From the human T2T-CHM13v2.0 reference genome, Homo sapiens, in assembly GCF_009914755.1 (NCBI RefSeq), contig NC_060945.1: a DNA stretch of 64,000 bases; one strand, given 5' to 3'. This document shows, in pieces, positions 32,240 to 48,734 of the stretch. Made by a program: the position numbers and the translations under genes. Each line of letters begins with the position of its first letter. Within the stretch, counting starts at the first letter, position 1. The notes below the pieces were generated by a model. The model saw nothing but the letters and a program-made list of their open reading frames with translations. It did no database searches and was not told where the DNA came from.

Positions 32240-35200
32240 TTGTGTACTGTACATAATATATTAAATCGCCCAAATATATATTGTATACTGTATATAAAAT
32301 ATGAAGGAACTTCAAATATATATTATATGCTGCACATAAAATATCAAAGTACCCAAAGTATGCATTATATACTGTACATAAAATATCAAAGTACACAAAT
32401 TATATATTATATACTGTACATAAAATATGAAGGTTCATAAAATATATTTTATATTCTGTACATAATATATCAAAGTACATCAAATATATATTATATACGG
32501 TACATAAAATATCAAAGTACCCAAAATATGTATTATTTACTGTACATAAAATATGAAAGTAACCAAACATTTATAATAAACTGTACATGAAATATCAAAG
32601 TACTCAATCTACATATTATATACAGTATATAAAATATCAAAGTACACAAACTGTATATTATATACTGTACATAATATATCAAAGTACCCAGAATATATAG
32701 CATACTGTACATAAAATATCAAAGTACCCAAAATGTATATTGTGTACTGTACATAAAATATAAAGGTACATCAAAGATATATTATATTCTGTACATAAAA
32801 TATCAAATTACACCAAATATATATTATATGCTGTACATAATATATTAAAGTTGCCCATATATACATTATACACTTTACATAAAATATGAACGTACATCAA
32901 ATATATAGTATATGCTGCACATAAAATATCAAAGTACCCAAAGTATGTATTATACACTGTACATAAAATATCAAAGTACCAAAAGTATATATTGCATACT
33001 GTAAATAAAATATGAAGGTAACTGAAATATATATTATATTCTGTACATAAAATATAAAAGTACACCAAGTATAAACTACATACTCTGCATAAAATATTAA
33101 ATTACCCAAAATATGTATTGTATTGTGTACATAAAATATGAAAGTAAGCAAACATTTATAATAAACTGTACATAAAATATCAAAGTACTCAAACTGTATA
33201 TTATATACTGTACATAAAGTATCAAAATACCCAAACTGTGTAGTATATACTGTACATAAAATATCAAGGTACCCAAAATATATATTGTAAACTGTAGATA
33301 CAATATCAAAGTACCCAAAATATATATTATATACTGTACATAAAATATGAAGGCACATCCAATATATATTATATTCTGTACATAAAATATCAAAGTACAC
33401 CAAATGTATATTATATACTGTACATAAAATATAAAAGTACCCCGAATATATATTATATACTCTACATAAAATATCAAAGTACCCAAAATATATATTATAT
33501 ACTGTACATAAAATATCAAAGTACCCATAGTATGTATTATATCCTGTACATAAAATATGAAGGTACATCAAATATATATTCTATTCTGCACATAAAATAT
33601 CATATTACACCAAATATATATTGTATACTGTATATAAAATATGAAGGTACTTCAAATACATATTATATGCTGCACATAAAATATCAAAGTACCGAAAGTG
33701 TGCATTATATGCTGTACATAAAATATCAAAGTACCCAAAGTGTATATTATATACTGTACATAAAATGTGAAGGTTCATCAAATATATTTTATATTCTGCA
33801 CATAATATATCAAAGTACATCAAATATATATTATATACTGTACATAAAATATTAAAGTACCAAAAATATGTATTATATACTGTACATAAAATATGAAAGT
33901 AACCAAACATTTATAATAAACTGTACATAAAGTATCAAAGTACTCAAACTACATATTATATACAGTATATAAAATATCAAAGTACCCAAACTGTATATTA
34001 TATACTGTACATAATATATCAAAGTACCCAAATATATAGCATACTGTACATAAAATATTAAAGTACCCAAAATATATATTGTATACTGTACATAAAATAT
34101 GAAGGTACATCAAAGATATATTATATCCTGTACATAAAATATCAAAGTACACCAAATATATATTATATGCTGTACATAATATATTAAAGTCGACCAAATA
34201 TATATTATATACTGTACATAAAATATGAAGGTACATCAAATATATATTATATGCTGCACATAAAATATCAAAGTACCCAAAGTATGTATTATATACTGTA
34301 CATAAAATATCAAAGTACCCAAAGTATATATTATATACTGTATATAAAATATAAAATACCCCAAATATATATTATATGCTGTACATAAAATATCAAAGTA
34401 CACAAAATATTTATTATACACTGTACATAAAATATCAACGGACCCAAAATATATATTATATACTGTACATAAAATATCAAAATACCCAAAATATATATTA
34501 TATACTGTACATAAAATACCAAAGTACCCAAAGTATATATTATATACCGTACAAAAAATATCAAAATAGCCAAAATATGTATTATACACTGTACATAATA
34601 TATGAAAGTACCCAAACATTTATAATAAACTGTACATAAAATATCAATGTACTCAAACTATATATTATGTGCGGTACATAAGATATCAAAGTACCCATAC
34701 TATATAGTATATACTGTACTTAAAATATCAAAATACCCAAAATATATATTATATACGTTACATAAACTATCAAATACACAAAGTATGTATTATATACTGT
34801 ACATAAAATAGCAAAGTTCCCAAAATATGTATTATATACTGTACATAAAATATGAAAGTACCCAACCATTTATAATAAACTCTACATAAAATACCAAAGT
34901 ACCCAAACTGTGTATTATATACTGTCCATAAAATATCAAAGTACCCAAAATATATATTGTAAACTGCACATAAAATATAAAAGTAGCCAAAATATATATT
35001 GTATACTGTACATAAAATATAAACGTACCCCAAATATGTATTATATACTGTACATAAAATATCAAAGTACCGATAATACATATTATATGCTGTACATAAA
35101 ATATCAAAGGACCCAAAATAAACATTATATACTGTACATAAAATATCCAAATACTCAAAATATATATTACATACTGTACATAAAATATCAAAGTACCCAA

Positions 35201-35546
35201 ATTATGTATTATATACTGTACGTAAAATATCAGAGTACCCAAAATATGCATTATATACTGTACATAAAATATGAAAGTAACAAAACCTTTATAATAAACT
35301 GTACATAAAATATCAAAGTAGTCAAACTATATATCATATACTGTACATAAAATATCAAAGTACCCAAACTGTGTATTATTGTATACTGTATATAAAATAT
35401 CAAATTACCTGAAATATATATTGTATACTGTACATAAAGTATCAAAGTACCCAAAACATATACTCTATACTGTACATAAAATATGAAGGTACATCAAATA
35501 TATCTTATATCCTGTACATAAAATATCAAAGTACACCTATTATATA

Positions 35547-38500
35547 TTGTGTACTGTACATAATATATTAAATCACCCAAATATATATTGTATACTGTAT
35601 ATAAAATATGAAGGTACTTCAAATGTATATTATATGCTGCACATAAAATATCAAAGTACCCAAAGTATGCATTACATACTGTACATAAAATATCAAAGTA
35701 CACAAATTATATATTATATAATGTACATAAAATATGAAGGTTCATAAAATATATTTTATATTCTGTACATAATATATCAAAGTACATCAATTATGTATTA
35801 TATACGGTACATAAAATATCAAAGTACCCAAAATATGTATTATTTACTGTACATAAAATATGAAAGTAACCAAACATTTATAATAAACTGTACATAAAAT
35901 ATCAAACTACTCAATCTACATATTATATACAGTATATAAAATATCAAAGTACACAAACTGTATATTATATACTGTACATAATATATCAAAGTACCCAGAA
36001 TATATAGCATACTGTACATTAAATATCAAAGTACCCAAAATATATATTGTATACGGTACATAAAATATAAAGGTACATCAAAGATATATTATATTCTGTA
36101 CATAAAATATCAAATTACACCAAATATATATTATATGCTGTACATAATATATTAAAGTTGCCCATATATACATTATACACTGTACATAAAATATGAACGT
36201 ACATCAAATATATAGTATATGCTGCACATATAATATCAAAGTACCCAAAGTATGTATTATACACTGTACATAAAATATCAAACTACCAAAATTATATATT
36301 ACATACTGTAAATAAAATATGAAGGTACCTCAAATATATATTATATTCTGTACATAAAATATCAAAGTACACCAAGTATATACTATATACTCTGCATAAA
36401 ATATTAAATTACCCACAATATGTATTGTATTGTGTACATAAAATATGAAAGTAACCAAACATTTATAATAAACTGTACATAAAATATCAAAGTACTCAAA
36501 CTGTATATTATATACTGTACATAAAGTATCAAAGTACCCAAACTGTGTAGTATATACTGTACATAAAATGTCAAGGTACGCAAAATATATATTGTAAACT
36601 GTAGATAAAATATCAAAGTACCCAAAATATATATTATATACTGTACATAAAATATGAAGGCACATCCAATATATATTATATTCTGTACATAAAATATCAA
36701 AGTACACCAAATGTATATTATACACTGTACATAAAATATCAAAGTACCCAACGTGTATATTATATACTGTACACAAAATATGAAGGTTCATCAAATATAT
36801 TTTATATTCTGCACATAATATATCAAAGTACATCAAATATATATTATATACTGTACATAAAATATCAAAGTACCAAAAATATGTATTATATACTGTACAT
36901 AAAATATGAAAGTAACCAAACATATATAATAAACTGTACATAAAATATCAAAGTACTCGAACTACATATTATATACAGTATATAAAATGTCAAAGTACCC
37001 AAACTCTATATTATATACTGTATATAATATATCAAAGTACCCGAATATATAGCATACTGTACATAAAATATCAAAGTACCCAAAGTGTGTATTATACACT
37101 GCACATAAAATATGAAGGTACATAAAATATATATTGTATTCTGTACATAAAATATCAAAGTACTCCAAATATATATTACATGCTGTACAAAATATATTAA
37201 AGTTGCCCAAATATATATTATATACTGTACATAAAATATGAAGGTACATCAAATATATAGTATATGCTGCACATAAAATATCAAAGTACCCAAAGTATGT
37301 ATTATATACTGTACATAAAATATCAAAGTACCCAAAGTATATATTATATACTGTACATAAAATATAAAATACCCCAAATATACATTATATGCTGTACATA
37401 AAATATCAAAGTACACAAAATATGTATTATGTACTGTGCATAAAATATCAAAGGACCCAAAATATATATTATATACTGTAGATAAAATATCAAAATACCC
37501 AAAATATATATTATATACCCTACATAAAATACCAAAGTACCCAAAGTATATATTATATACCGTACAAAAAATATCAAAGTAGCCAAAATATGTATTATAC
37601 ACTGTACATAATATATGAAAGTACCCAAACATTTATAATAAACTGTACATAAAATATCAATGTACTCAAACTATATATTATGTGCGGTACATAAGATATC
37701 AAAGTACCCATACTATATAGTATGTACTGTACTTAAAATATCAAAATACCCAAAATATATATTATATACGTTACATAAACTATCAAATACACAAAGTATG
37801 TATTATATACTGTACATAAAATAGCAACGTTCCCAAAATATGTATTATATACTGTACATAAAATATGAAAGTACCCAACCATTTATAATAAACTCTACAT
37901 AAAATACCAAAGTACCCAAACTGTGTATTATATACTGTCCATAAAATATCAAAGTACACAAAATATATATTGTCAACTGTACATAAAATATCAAAGTAGC
38001 CAAAATATATATAGTATACCGTACATAAAATATAAAATTACCCCAAATATATATTATATACTGTACATAAAATATCAAAGTACCGATAATACATATTATA
38101 TACTGTACATAAAATATCAAAGGACCCAAAATAAACATTATATACTGTACATAAAATATTCAAATACTCAAAATATATATTACATACTGTACATAAAATA
38201 TCAAAGTACCCAAATTATGTATTATATACTGTACGTAAAATATCAGAGTACCCAAAATATGCATTATATACTGCACATAAAATATGAAAGTAACAAAACA
38301 TTTATAATAAACTGTACATAAAATATCAAAGTACTCAAACTATATATCATATACTGTACATAAAATGTCAAAGTACCCAAACTGTGTATTATTATATACT
38401 GTATATAAAATATCAAAATACCTGAAATATATATTGCATACTGTACATAAAATATCAAAGTACCCAAAATATATACTATATACTGTACATAAAATATGAA

Positions 38501-41500
38501 GGTACATCAAATATATATTACATCCTGTACATAAAATAACAAAGTACACCTATTATATATTGTGTACTGTACATAATATATTAAATCGCCCAAATATATA
38601 TTCTATACTGTATATAAAATATGAAGGTACTTCAAATATATATTATATGCTGCACATAAAATATCAAAGTACCCAAAGTATGCATTACATACTGTACATA
38701 AAATATCAAAGTACACAAATTATATATTATATACTGTACATAAAATATGTAGGTTCATCAAATATATTTTATATTCTGTACATAATATATCAAAGTACAT
38801 CAAATATATATTATATACGGTACATAAAATATCAAAGTACCCAAAATATGTATTATTTACTGTTCATAAAATATGAAAGTAACCAAACATTTATAATAAA
38901 CTGTACATAAAATATCAAAGTACTCAATCTACATATTATATACAGTATATAAAATATCAAAGTACACAAACTGTATATTATATACTGTACATAATATATC
39001 AAAGTACCCAGAATATATAGCATACTGTACATAAAATATCAAAGTACCCAAAATATATATTGTATACTGTACATAAAATATGAAGGTACATCAAAGATAT
39101 ATTATATTCTGTACATAAAATATCAAAGTACACCAAATATATATTATATGCTGTACATAATATATTAAAGTTGCCCATGTATACATTTTATACTGTACAT
39201 AAAATATGAAGGTACATCAAATATATAGTATATGCTGCACATAAAATATCAAAGTACCCAAAGTATGTAATATATACTGTACATAATATATCAAAGTACC
39301 AAAAGTATATATTACATACTGTAAATAAAATATGAAGGTACCTCAAATATACATTATATTCTGTACATAAAATATCAAAGTACACCAAATATATACTATA
39401 TACTGTACATAAAATATTAAATTACCCACAATATGTATTTTATTCTGTACATAAAATATGAAAGTAACCAATCATTTATAATAAACTGTACATAAAATAT
39501 CAAAGTACTCAAACTGTATATTATATACTGTAAATAAAGTATCAAAGTACCCAAACTGTGTAGTATATACTGTACATAATATATCAAGGTACCCAAAATA
39601 TATATTGTAAACTGTAGATAAAATATCAAAGTACCCAAAATATATATTATATACTGTACATAAAATATGAAGGCACATCCAGTATATATTATATTCTGTA
39701 CATAAAATATCAAAGTACACCAAATGTATATTATATACTGTACATAAAATATAAAAGTACCCCAAGTATATATTATATACTCTACATAAAATATGAAAGT
39801 ACCCAAAATATATATTATATACTGTACATAAAATATCAAAATACCCATAGTATGTATTATATCCTGTACATAAAATATGAAGGTACATCTAATATATATT
39901 ATATTCTGCACATAAAATATCATATTACACCAAATATATATTATATACTGTACATAAAAGATGAAAGTACATCAAATATATATTATATGCTGCACATAAA
40001 ATATAAAAGTCCCCAAAGTTTGTATTATATTCTGTACATAAAATATCAAAGTATCCAAAGTGTATATTATATACTGTACATAAAATATGAAGGTACATCC
40101 GATACATATTATATTCTGTACGTAAAATATCAAAGTACACCAAGTATATATTATATACTGTACATAAAATATTAAATTACCCAAAATATGTATTGTATAC
40201 TGTACATAAAATATGAAAGTATCCAAACATTTATAATAAACTGTACATAAAATATCAAAGTACTCAAACTGTGTATTATATACTGTACATAAAGCATCCA
40301 AGTACCCAAACTGTGTAGCATATACTGTACATAAAATATCAAGGTACCCAAAATATATAGTGTAAACTGTAGATAAAATATCAAAGTACCCAAAGTATAC
40401 ATTATATACTCTACATAAAATATCAAAATACGCAAAATATATATTGTATACTGTACATAAAATATCAAAGTATCCAAACTATATATTATGTACTGTACAT
40501 AAAATATCAAAGTACCCAAAGTGTGTATTATACACTGCATATAAAATATGAAGGTACATAAAATATATATTGTATTCTGTACATAAAATATCAAATTACA
40601 CCAAATATATATTATATAGTGTACATAATATATTAAAGTCTACCAAATATATATTATATACTGTACATAAAATATGAAGGTACATCAAATATATATTATA
40701 CGCTGCACATAAAATATCAAAGTACCCAAAGTATGTATTATATACTGTACATAAAATATCAAAGTACCCAAAGTATATATTATATACTGTACATAAAATA
40801 TAAAATACCCCAAATATATATTATATGCTGTACATGAAATATCAAAGTACACAAAATATGTATTATGTACTGTACATACAATATCAAAGGACCCAAAATA
40901 TATATTATATACTGTACATAAAATATCAAAATATCCAAAATATATATTATATACTGTACATAAAATACCAAAGTACCCAAAGTATATATTATATACCGTA
41001 CAAAAAATATCAAAGTAGCCAAAATATGTATTATACACTGTACATAATATATGAAAGTACCCAAACATTTATAATAAACTGTACATAAAATATCAATGTA
41101 CTCAAACTATATATTATGTGCGGTACATAACATATCAAATTACCCATACTATATAGTATATACTGTACTTAAAATATCAAAATATCCAAAATATATATTA
41201 TATACGTTACATAAACTATCAAATACACAAAGTATGTATTATATACTGTACATAAAATAGCAAAGTTCCCAAAATATGTATTATATACTGTACATAAAAT
41301 ATGAAAGTACCCAACCATTTATAATAAACTCTACATAAAATACCAAAGTACCCAAACTGTGTATTATATACTGTCCATAAAATATCAAAGTACCCAAAAT
41401 ATATATTGTAAACTGTACATAAAATATCAAAGTAGCCAAAATATATATTGTATACTGTACATAAAATATAAAATACCCCAAATATATATTATATACTGTA

Positions 41501-44500
41501 CATAAAATATCAAAGTACCCATAATACATATTATATACTGTACATAAAATATCAAAGGACACAAAATAAATATTATATACTGTACATAAAATATCCAAAT
41601 ACTCAAAATATATATTACATACTGTACATAAAATATCAAAGTACCCAAATTATGTATTATATACTGTACGTAAATTATCAGAGTACCCAAAATATGCATT
41701 ATATACTGTACATAAAATATGAAATTAACAAAACATTTATAATAAACTGTACATAAAATATCAAAGTACTCAAACTATATATCATATACTGTACATAAAA
41801 TATCAAAGTACCCAAACTGTGTATTATTATATACTGTATATAAAATATCACAGTACCTGAAATATATATTGTATACTGTACATAAAATATCAAAGTACCC
41901 AAAATATATACTATATACTGTCCATAAAATATGAAGGTACATCAAATATATATTATATCCTGTACATAAAATATCAAACTACACCTATTAGATATTGTGT
42001 ACTGTACATAATATATTAAATCCCCCAAATATATATTGTATACTGTATATAAAATATGAAGGTACTTCAAATTCATATTACATGCTGCACATAAAATATC
42101 AAACTACCCAAGGTATGCATTATATACTGTACATAAAATATCAAAGTACACAAATTATATATTATATACTGTACATAAAATATGAAGGTTCATCAAATAT
42201 ATTTTATATTCTGTACATAATATATCAAAGTACATCAAATATATATTATATACGGTACATAAAATATCAAAGTACCAAAAATATGTATTATATACTGTAC
42301 ATAAAATATGAAAGTAACCAAACATTTATAATAAATTGTACATAAAATATCAAAGTACTCAAACTACATATTATATACAGTATATAAAATATCAAAGTAC
42401 ACAAACTGTATATTATATACTGTACATAATATATCAAAGTACCCGAATATATAGCATACTGTACATAAAATATCAAAGTACCCAAAATATATATTGTATA
42501 CTGTACATAAAATATGAAGGTACATCGAAGATATATTATATTGTGTACATAAAATATCAAAGTACACCAAATATATATTATATGCTGTACATAATATATT
42601 AAAGTTGCCCAAATATATATTATATACTGTACATAAAATATGAAGGCACATCAAATATATAGTATATGCTGCACATAAAATATCAAAGTACCCAAAGTAT
42701 GTAATATATACTGTACATAACATATCAAAGTACCAAAAGTATATATTACCTACTGTAAATAAAATATGAAGGTACCACAAATATACATTATATTCTGTAC
42801 ATAAAATATCAAAGTACACCAAATATATACTATATACTGTACATACAATATTAAATTACCCACAATATGTATTGTATTGTGTACATAAAATATGAAAGTA
42901 ACCAAACATTTATAATAAACTGTACATAAAATATCAAAGTACTCAAACTGTATATTATATACTGTACATAAAGTATCAAAGTACCCAAACTGTGTAGTAT
43001 ACACTGTACATAAAATATCAAGGTACCCAAAATATATATTGTAAACTGTAGATACGATATCAAATTACCCAAAATATATATTATATACTGTACATAAAAT
43101 ATGAAGGCACATCCAGTATATATTATATTCTGTGCATAAAATATCAAAGTACACCAAATGTATATTATATACTGTACATAAAATATAAAACTACCCCAAG
43201 TATATATTATATACTCTACATAAAATATGAAAGTACCCAAAATATATATTATATACTGTACATAAAATATCAAAGTACCCATAGTATGTATTATATCCTG
43301 TACATAAAATATGAAGGTACATCAAATATATATTATATTCTGCACATAAAATATCATATTACACCAAATATATATTATATACTGTACATAAAATATGAAG
43401 GTACATCAAATGTATATTATATGCTGCACATAAAATATCAAAGTCCCCAAAGTTTGTATTATATACTGTACATAAAATATCAAAGTATCCAAAGTGTATA
43501 TTATATACTGTACATAAAATATGAAGGTACATCCGATACATATTATATTCTGTACATAAAATATCAAAATACACCAAGTATATATTATATACTGTACATA
43601 AAATATTAAATTACCCGAAATATGTATTGTATACTGTACATAAAATATGAAAGTAACCAAACATTTATAATAAACTGTACATAAAATATCAAAGTACTCA
43701 AACTACATATTATATACAGTATATAAAATATCAAAGTACCCAAACTGTATATTATATACTGTACATACTATATCAAAGTACCCGAATATATAGCATACTG
43801 TACATAAAATATCAAAGTACCCAAAATATATATTGTACACTGCACATAAAATATGAAGCTACATCAAAGATATATTATATTCTGTACATAAAATATCAAA
43901 GTACACCAAGTATATATTATATGCTGTACATAATATATTAAAGTCGACCAAATATATATTACATACTGTACAAAAAATATGAAGGTACATCAAATATATA
44001 TTATATGCTGCACATAAAATATCAAAGTACCCAAAGTATGTATTATATACTGTACATAAAATATCAAAATACCCAAAGTATATATTATATACTATACATA
44101 CAATATAAAATACCCCAAATATATATTATATGCTGTACATAAAATATCAAAGTACACAAAATATGTATTATGTACTGTACATAAAATATCAAAGGACCGA
44201 AAATATATATTATATACTGTACATAAAATATCAAAATACCCAAAATATATACTATATACTGTACATAAAATACCAAAGTACCCAAAGTATATATTATATA
44301 CCGTACAAAAAATATCAAAGTAGCCAAAGTATGTATTATACACTGTACATAATATATGAAAGTACCCAAACATTTATAATAAACTGTACATAAAATATCA
44401 ATGTACTCAAACTATATATTATGTTCGGTACATAACATATCAAAGTACCCATACTATATAGTATATACTGTACTTAAAATATCAAAATACCCAAAATATA

Positions 44501-45300
44501 TATTATATACGTTACATAAATTATCCAATACCCAAAGTATGTATTATATACTGTACTTAAAATAGCAAAGTTCCCAAAATATGTATTATATACTGTACAT
44601 AACAAATGAAAGTACCCAACCATTTATAGTAAACTCTACATAAAATACCAAAGTACCCAAACTGTGTATTATATACTGTCCATAAATTATCAAAGTACCC
44701 AAAATATATATTGTAAACTGTACATAAAATATCAAAGTAGCCAAAATGTATATTGTATACTGTACATAAAATATAAATGTACCCCAAATATATATTATAT
44801 ACTGTACACAAAATATCAAAGTACCCATAATACATATTATATACTGTACATAAAATATCAAAGGACCCAAAATAAACATTATATACTGTACATAAAATAT
44901 CCAAATACTCAAAATATATATTACATACTGTACATAAAATATCAAAGTACCCAAATTATGTATTATATACTGTACGTAAAATATCAGAGTACCCAAAATA
45001 TGCATTATATACTGTACATAAAATATGAAAGTAACAAAACATTTATAATAAACTGTACATAAAATATCAAAGTACTAAAACTATATATCATATACTGTAC
45101 ATAAAATATCAAAGTACCCAAACTGTGTATTATTATATACTGTCCATAAAATATCAAGGTACCTAAAATATATATTGCATACTGTACATAAAATATCAAA
45201 GTACCCAAAATATATACTATATACTGTACATAAAATATGAAGGTACATCAAATATATATTATATCCTGTACATAAAATATCAAAGTACACCTATTATATA
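35547..45300 (+). repeat. 9,754-bp HSat1A block (B+C+D), copy 3
   Basis: Landmarks 35547, 38560, 41995, 45301; constant offset of 31,812 from copy 1. Confidence 0.88.
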
Positions 45301-48300
45301 TTGTGTACTGTACATAACATATTAAATCACCCAAATATATATTGTATACTGTATATAAAATATGAAGGTACTTCAAATATATATTATATGCTGCACATAA
45401 AATATCAAAGTACCCAAAGTATGCATTACATACTGTACATAAAATATCAAAGTACACAAATTATATATTATATAATGTACATAAAATATGTAGGTTCATA
45501 AAATATATTTTATATTCTGTACATAATATATCAAAGTACATCAAATATATATTATATACGGTACATAAAATATCAAAGTACCCAAAATATGTATTATTTA
45601 CTGTTCATAAAATATGAAAGTAACCAAACATTTATAATAAACTGTACATAAAATATCAAAGTACTCAATCTACATATTATATACAGTATATAAAATATCA
45701 AAGTACACAAATTGTATATTATATACTGTACATAATATATCAAAGTACCCGAATATATAGCATACTGTACATAAAATATCAAAGTACCCAAAATATATAT
45801 TGTATACTGTACATAAAATATGAAGGTACATCGAAGATATATTATATTGTGTACATAAAATATCAAAGTACACCAAATATATATTATATGCTGTACATAA
45901 TATATTAAAGTTGCCCATGTATACATTTTATACTGTACATAAAATATGAAGGCACATCAAATATATAGTATATGCTGCACATAAAATATCAAAGTACCCA
46001 AAGTATGTAATATATACTGTACATAATATATCAAAGTACCAAAAGTATATATTACATACTGTAAATAAAATATGAAGGTACCTCAAATATACATTATATT
46101 CTGTACATAAAATATCAAAGTACACCAAATATATACTATATACTGTACATAAAATATTAAATTACCCACAATATGTATTTTATTGTGTACATAAAATATG
46201 AAAGTAACCAATCATTTATAATAAACTGTACATAAAATATCAAAGTACTCAAACTGTATATTATATACTGTACATAAAGTATCAAAGTACCCAAACTGTG
46301 TAGTATATACTGTACATAATATATCAAGGTACCCAAAATATATATTGTAAACTGTAGATAAAATATCAAATTACCCAAAATATATATTATATACTGTACA
46401 TAAAATATGAAGGCACATCCAGTATATATTATATTCTGTACATAAAATATCAAAGTACACCAAATGTATATTATATACTGTACATAAAATATAAAAGTAC
46501 CCCAAGTATATATTATATACTCTACATAAAATATGAAAGTACCCAAAATATATATTATATACTGTACATAAAATATCAAAATACCCATAGTATGTATTAT
46601 ATCCTGTACATAAAATATGAAGGTACATCTAATATATATTATATTCTGCACATAAAATATCATATTACACCAAATATATATTATATACTGTACATAAAAG
46701 ATGAAAGTACATCAAATATATATTATATGCTGCACATAAAATATAAAAGTCCCCAAAGTTTGTATTATATTCTGTACATAAAATATCAAAGTATCCAAAG
46801 TGTATATTATATACTGTACATAAAATATGAAGGTACATCCAATACATATTATATTCTGTACGTAAAATATCAAAGTACACCAAGTATATATTATATACTG
46901 TACATAAAATATTAAATTACCCAAAATATGTATTGTATACTGTACATAAAATATGAAAGTATCCAAACATTTATAATAAACTGTACATAAAATATCAAAG
47001 TACTCAAACTGTGTATTATATACTGTACATAAAGCATCCAAGTACCCAAACTGTGTAGCATATACTGTACATAAAATATCAAGGTACCCAAAATATATAG
47101 TGTAAACTGTAGATAAAATATCAAAGTACCCAAAGTATACATTATATACTCTACATAAAATATCAAAATACGCAAAATATATATTGTATACTGTACATAA
47201 AATATCAAAGTATCCAAACTATATATTATGTACTGTACATAAAATATCAAAGTACCCAAAGTGTGTATTATACACTGCATATAAAATATGAAGGTACATA
47301 AAATATATATTGTATTCTGTACATAAAATATCAAATTACACCAAATATATATTATATAGTGTACATAATATATTAAAGTCTACCAAATATATATTATATA
47401 CTGTACATAAAATATGAAGGTACATCAAATATATATTATACGCTGCACATAAAATATCAAAGTACCCAAAGTATGTATTATATACTGTACATAAAATATC
47501 AAAGTACCCAAAGTCTATATTATATACTGTACATAAAATATAAAATACCCCAAATATATATTATATGCTGTACATGAAATATCAAAGTACACAAAATATG
47601 TATTATGTACTGTACATACAATATCAAAGGACCCAAAATATATATTATATACTGTACATAAAATATCAAAATATCCAAAATATATATTATATACTGTACA
47701 TAAAATACCAAAGTACCCAAAGTATATATTATATACCGTACAAAAAATATCAAAGTAGCCAAAATATGTATTATACACTGTACATAATATATGAAAGTAC
47801 CCAAACATTTATAATAAACTGTACATAAAATATCAATGTACTCAAACTATATATTATGTGCGGTACATAACATATCAAATTACCCATACTATATAGTATA
47901 TACTGTACTTAAAATATCAAAATATCCAAAATATATATTATATACGTTACATAAACTATCAAATACACAAAGTATGTATTATATACTGTACATAAAATAG
48001 CAAAGTTCCCAAAATATGTATTATATACTGTACATAAAATATGAAAGTACCCAACCATTTATAATAAACTCTACATAAAATACCAAAGTACCCAAACTGT
48101 GTATTATATACTGTCCATAAAATATCAAAGTACCCAAAATATATATTGTAAACTGTACATAAAATATCAAAGTAGCCAAAATATATATTGTATACTGTAC
48201 ATAAAATATAAAATACCCCAAATATATATTATATACTGTACATAAAATATCAAAGTACCCATAATACATATTATATACTGTACATAAAATATCAAAGGAC

Positions 48301-48734
48301 ACAAAATAAATATTATATACTGTACATAAAATATCCAAATACTCAAAATATATATTACATACTGTACATAAAATATCAAAGTACCCAAATTATGTATTAT
48401 ATACTGTACGTAAATTATCAGAGTACCCAAAATATGCATTATATACTGTACATAAAATATGAAATTAACAAAACATTTATAATAAACTGTACATAAAATA
48501 TCAAAGTACTCAAACTATATATCATATACTGTACATAAAATATCAAAGTACCCAAACTGTGTATTATTATATAGTGTATATAAAATATCACAGTACCTGA
48601 AATATATATTGTATACTGTACATAAAATATCAAAGTACCCAAAATATATACTATATACTGTCCATAAAATATGAAGGTTCATCAAATATATATTATATCC
48701 TGTACATAAAATATCAAACTACACCTATTAGATA
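45301..48734 (+). repeat. Last complete HSat1A unit (3,434 bp, C-like with mosaic 5' part)
   Basis: Landmarks 45301 and 48735; ORF offsets of 6,740 to the C unit at 38560..41994 (e.g. 39417 vs 46157, 41281 vs 48021). Confidence 0.82.
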
